Assembly: GCA_951406725.2 (NCBI GenBank)
Contig: OX597821.1
Coordinates: 54,250,001-54,314,000 of the forward strand
Source: Octopus vulgaris
Lineage: Eukaryota
Length of the DNA stretch: 64,000 bases
Reading direction: 5' to 3'
Below, one piece after another: positions 63,380 through 64,000 of the stretch. The notes under the pieces are model-generated. The model was not told where the DNA came from and searched no databases. It saw nothing but the letters and a program-made list of their open reading frames with translations. The translations under genes were made by a program, and so were the position numbers. Within the stretch, counting starts at the first letter, position 1. Each line of letters starts with the position of its first letter.

Positions 63380-63585
63380 TTCCGGTGCCACTTAAAGAGC
63401 ACCTATGCCAGTGTCGCATTGACATGCTCATGTTGGTGCTACATAAACACACCCTTGCTGGTGGAATGTAAAATGCACCCAGCACATTCTGTTAAGTAGT
63501 TAGCATTAGGAAGGGCATCCAGGCATAGAAACCATGTCAGCATAGAAAGAGGACACTAAATAACGATGTTGATGATGATGATGGG
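63380..63585 (+). mobile_element. RTE-type 3' tail repeat
   Basis: TAGCATTAGGAAGGGCATCCAGGCATAGAAACC...(GAT)n. Confidence 0.6.
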
Positions 63586-64000
63586 AACCCAAACATAAAT
63601 TGCACTAGCATTCCAGTAAGTTGTACTTCTTGCTTGGAAGGAGTTAGTGGTGATGGAAGAGAGGCATATTAGTGTTATTTGTGCTGATAACAATAACAAC
63701 AACAACAGCAATGGCAAAAACGAAAATGAAAATAATGATGTGGTCAATGGTATGGATAATAATGATGAAAATGATAACAAAAGAGATAGTGTAGATGATG
63801 ATGATGATGATGACAGCAGCACAACAGTAACAATGATAATGATGAGGTACACAAGATTTTTTATTGGGATGGAATATACATTTGCTGGGAATGGTTTTAT
63901 AAAAAAAATTATTATTTTGTAATGTTTAACACCTAAGACTATGAGTGAAATTGAGAGAGAGAGGTGGAGAGAGAAAAAGAGAGAGAATCAAAGAGAAACA

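Noticed and set aside
63647-63922. Asn/Asp-rich ORF
   Set aside because: It is degenerate trinucleotide (AAC/GAT) repeat sequence with no domain signal.

Overview
AT-rich, microsatellite-dense eukaryotic non-coding DNA (intron or intergenic). The SINE and LINE repertoire resembles octopus/coleoid cephalopod DNA, an inference from recognised repeat families and not from a search. No host protein-coding exon can be firmly supported, and most ORF-track entries are microsatellite translations. The window is a mosaic of mobile-element remnants: three SINE families, RTE LINE 3' ends, R4/Dong-type RLE LINEs in (TAA)n arrays, the 5' half of a Tx1/L1-like LINE, two different Penelope-like (PLE) GIY-YIG remnants, hAT (Buster/Charlie), mariner, Chapaev3, a MITE and a Helitron. 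The most notable signal is a set of about 10 type I hammerhead ribozyme (HHR) motifs in short non-coding elements, several of them inverted-repeat or palindromic and bounded by (TA)n. They include a textbook HHR (1053-1097), a perfect 126-bp palindrome with an HHR on each strand (654-779), and a tRNA/Pol III head joined through (TAA)n to an HHR (36525-36810). Together they suggest non-autonomous ribozyme-bearing retroelements (PLE pLTR, retrozyme or SINE-like). There is also a ~1.15-kb near-perfect fold-back duplication pivoting on (TA)n (55013-56158). Boundaries of degenerate elements are approximate, and all family names were assigned by eye.
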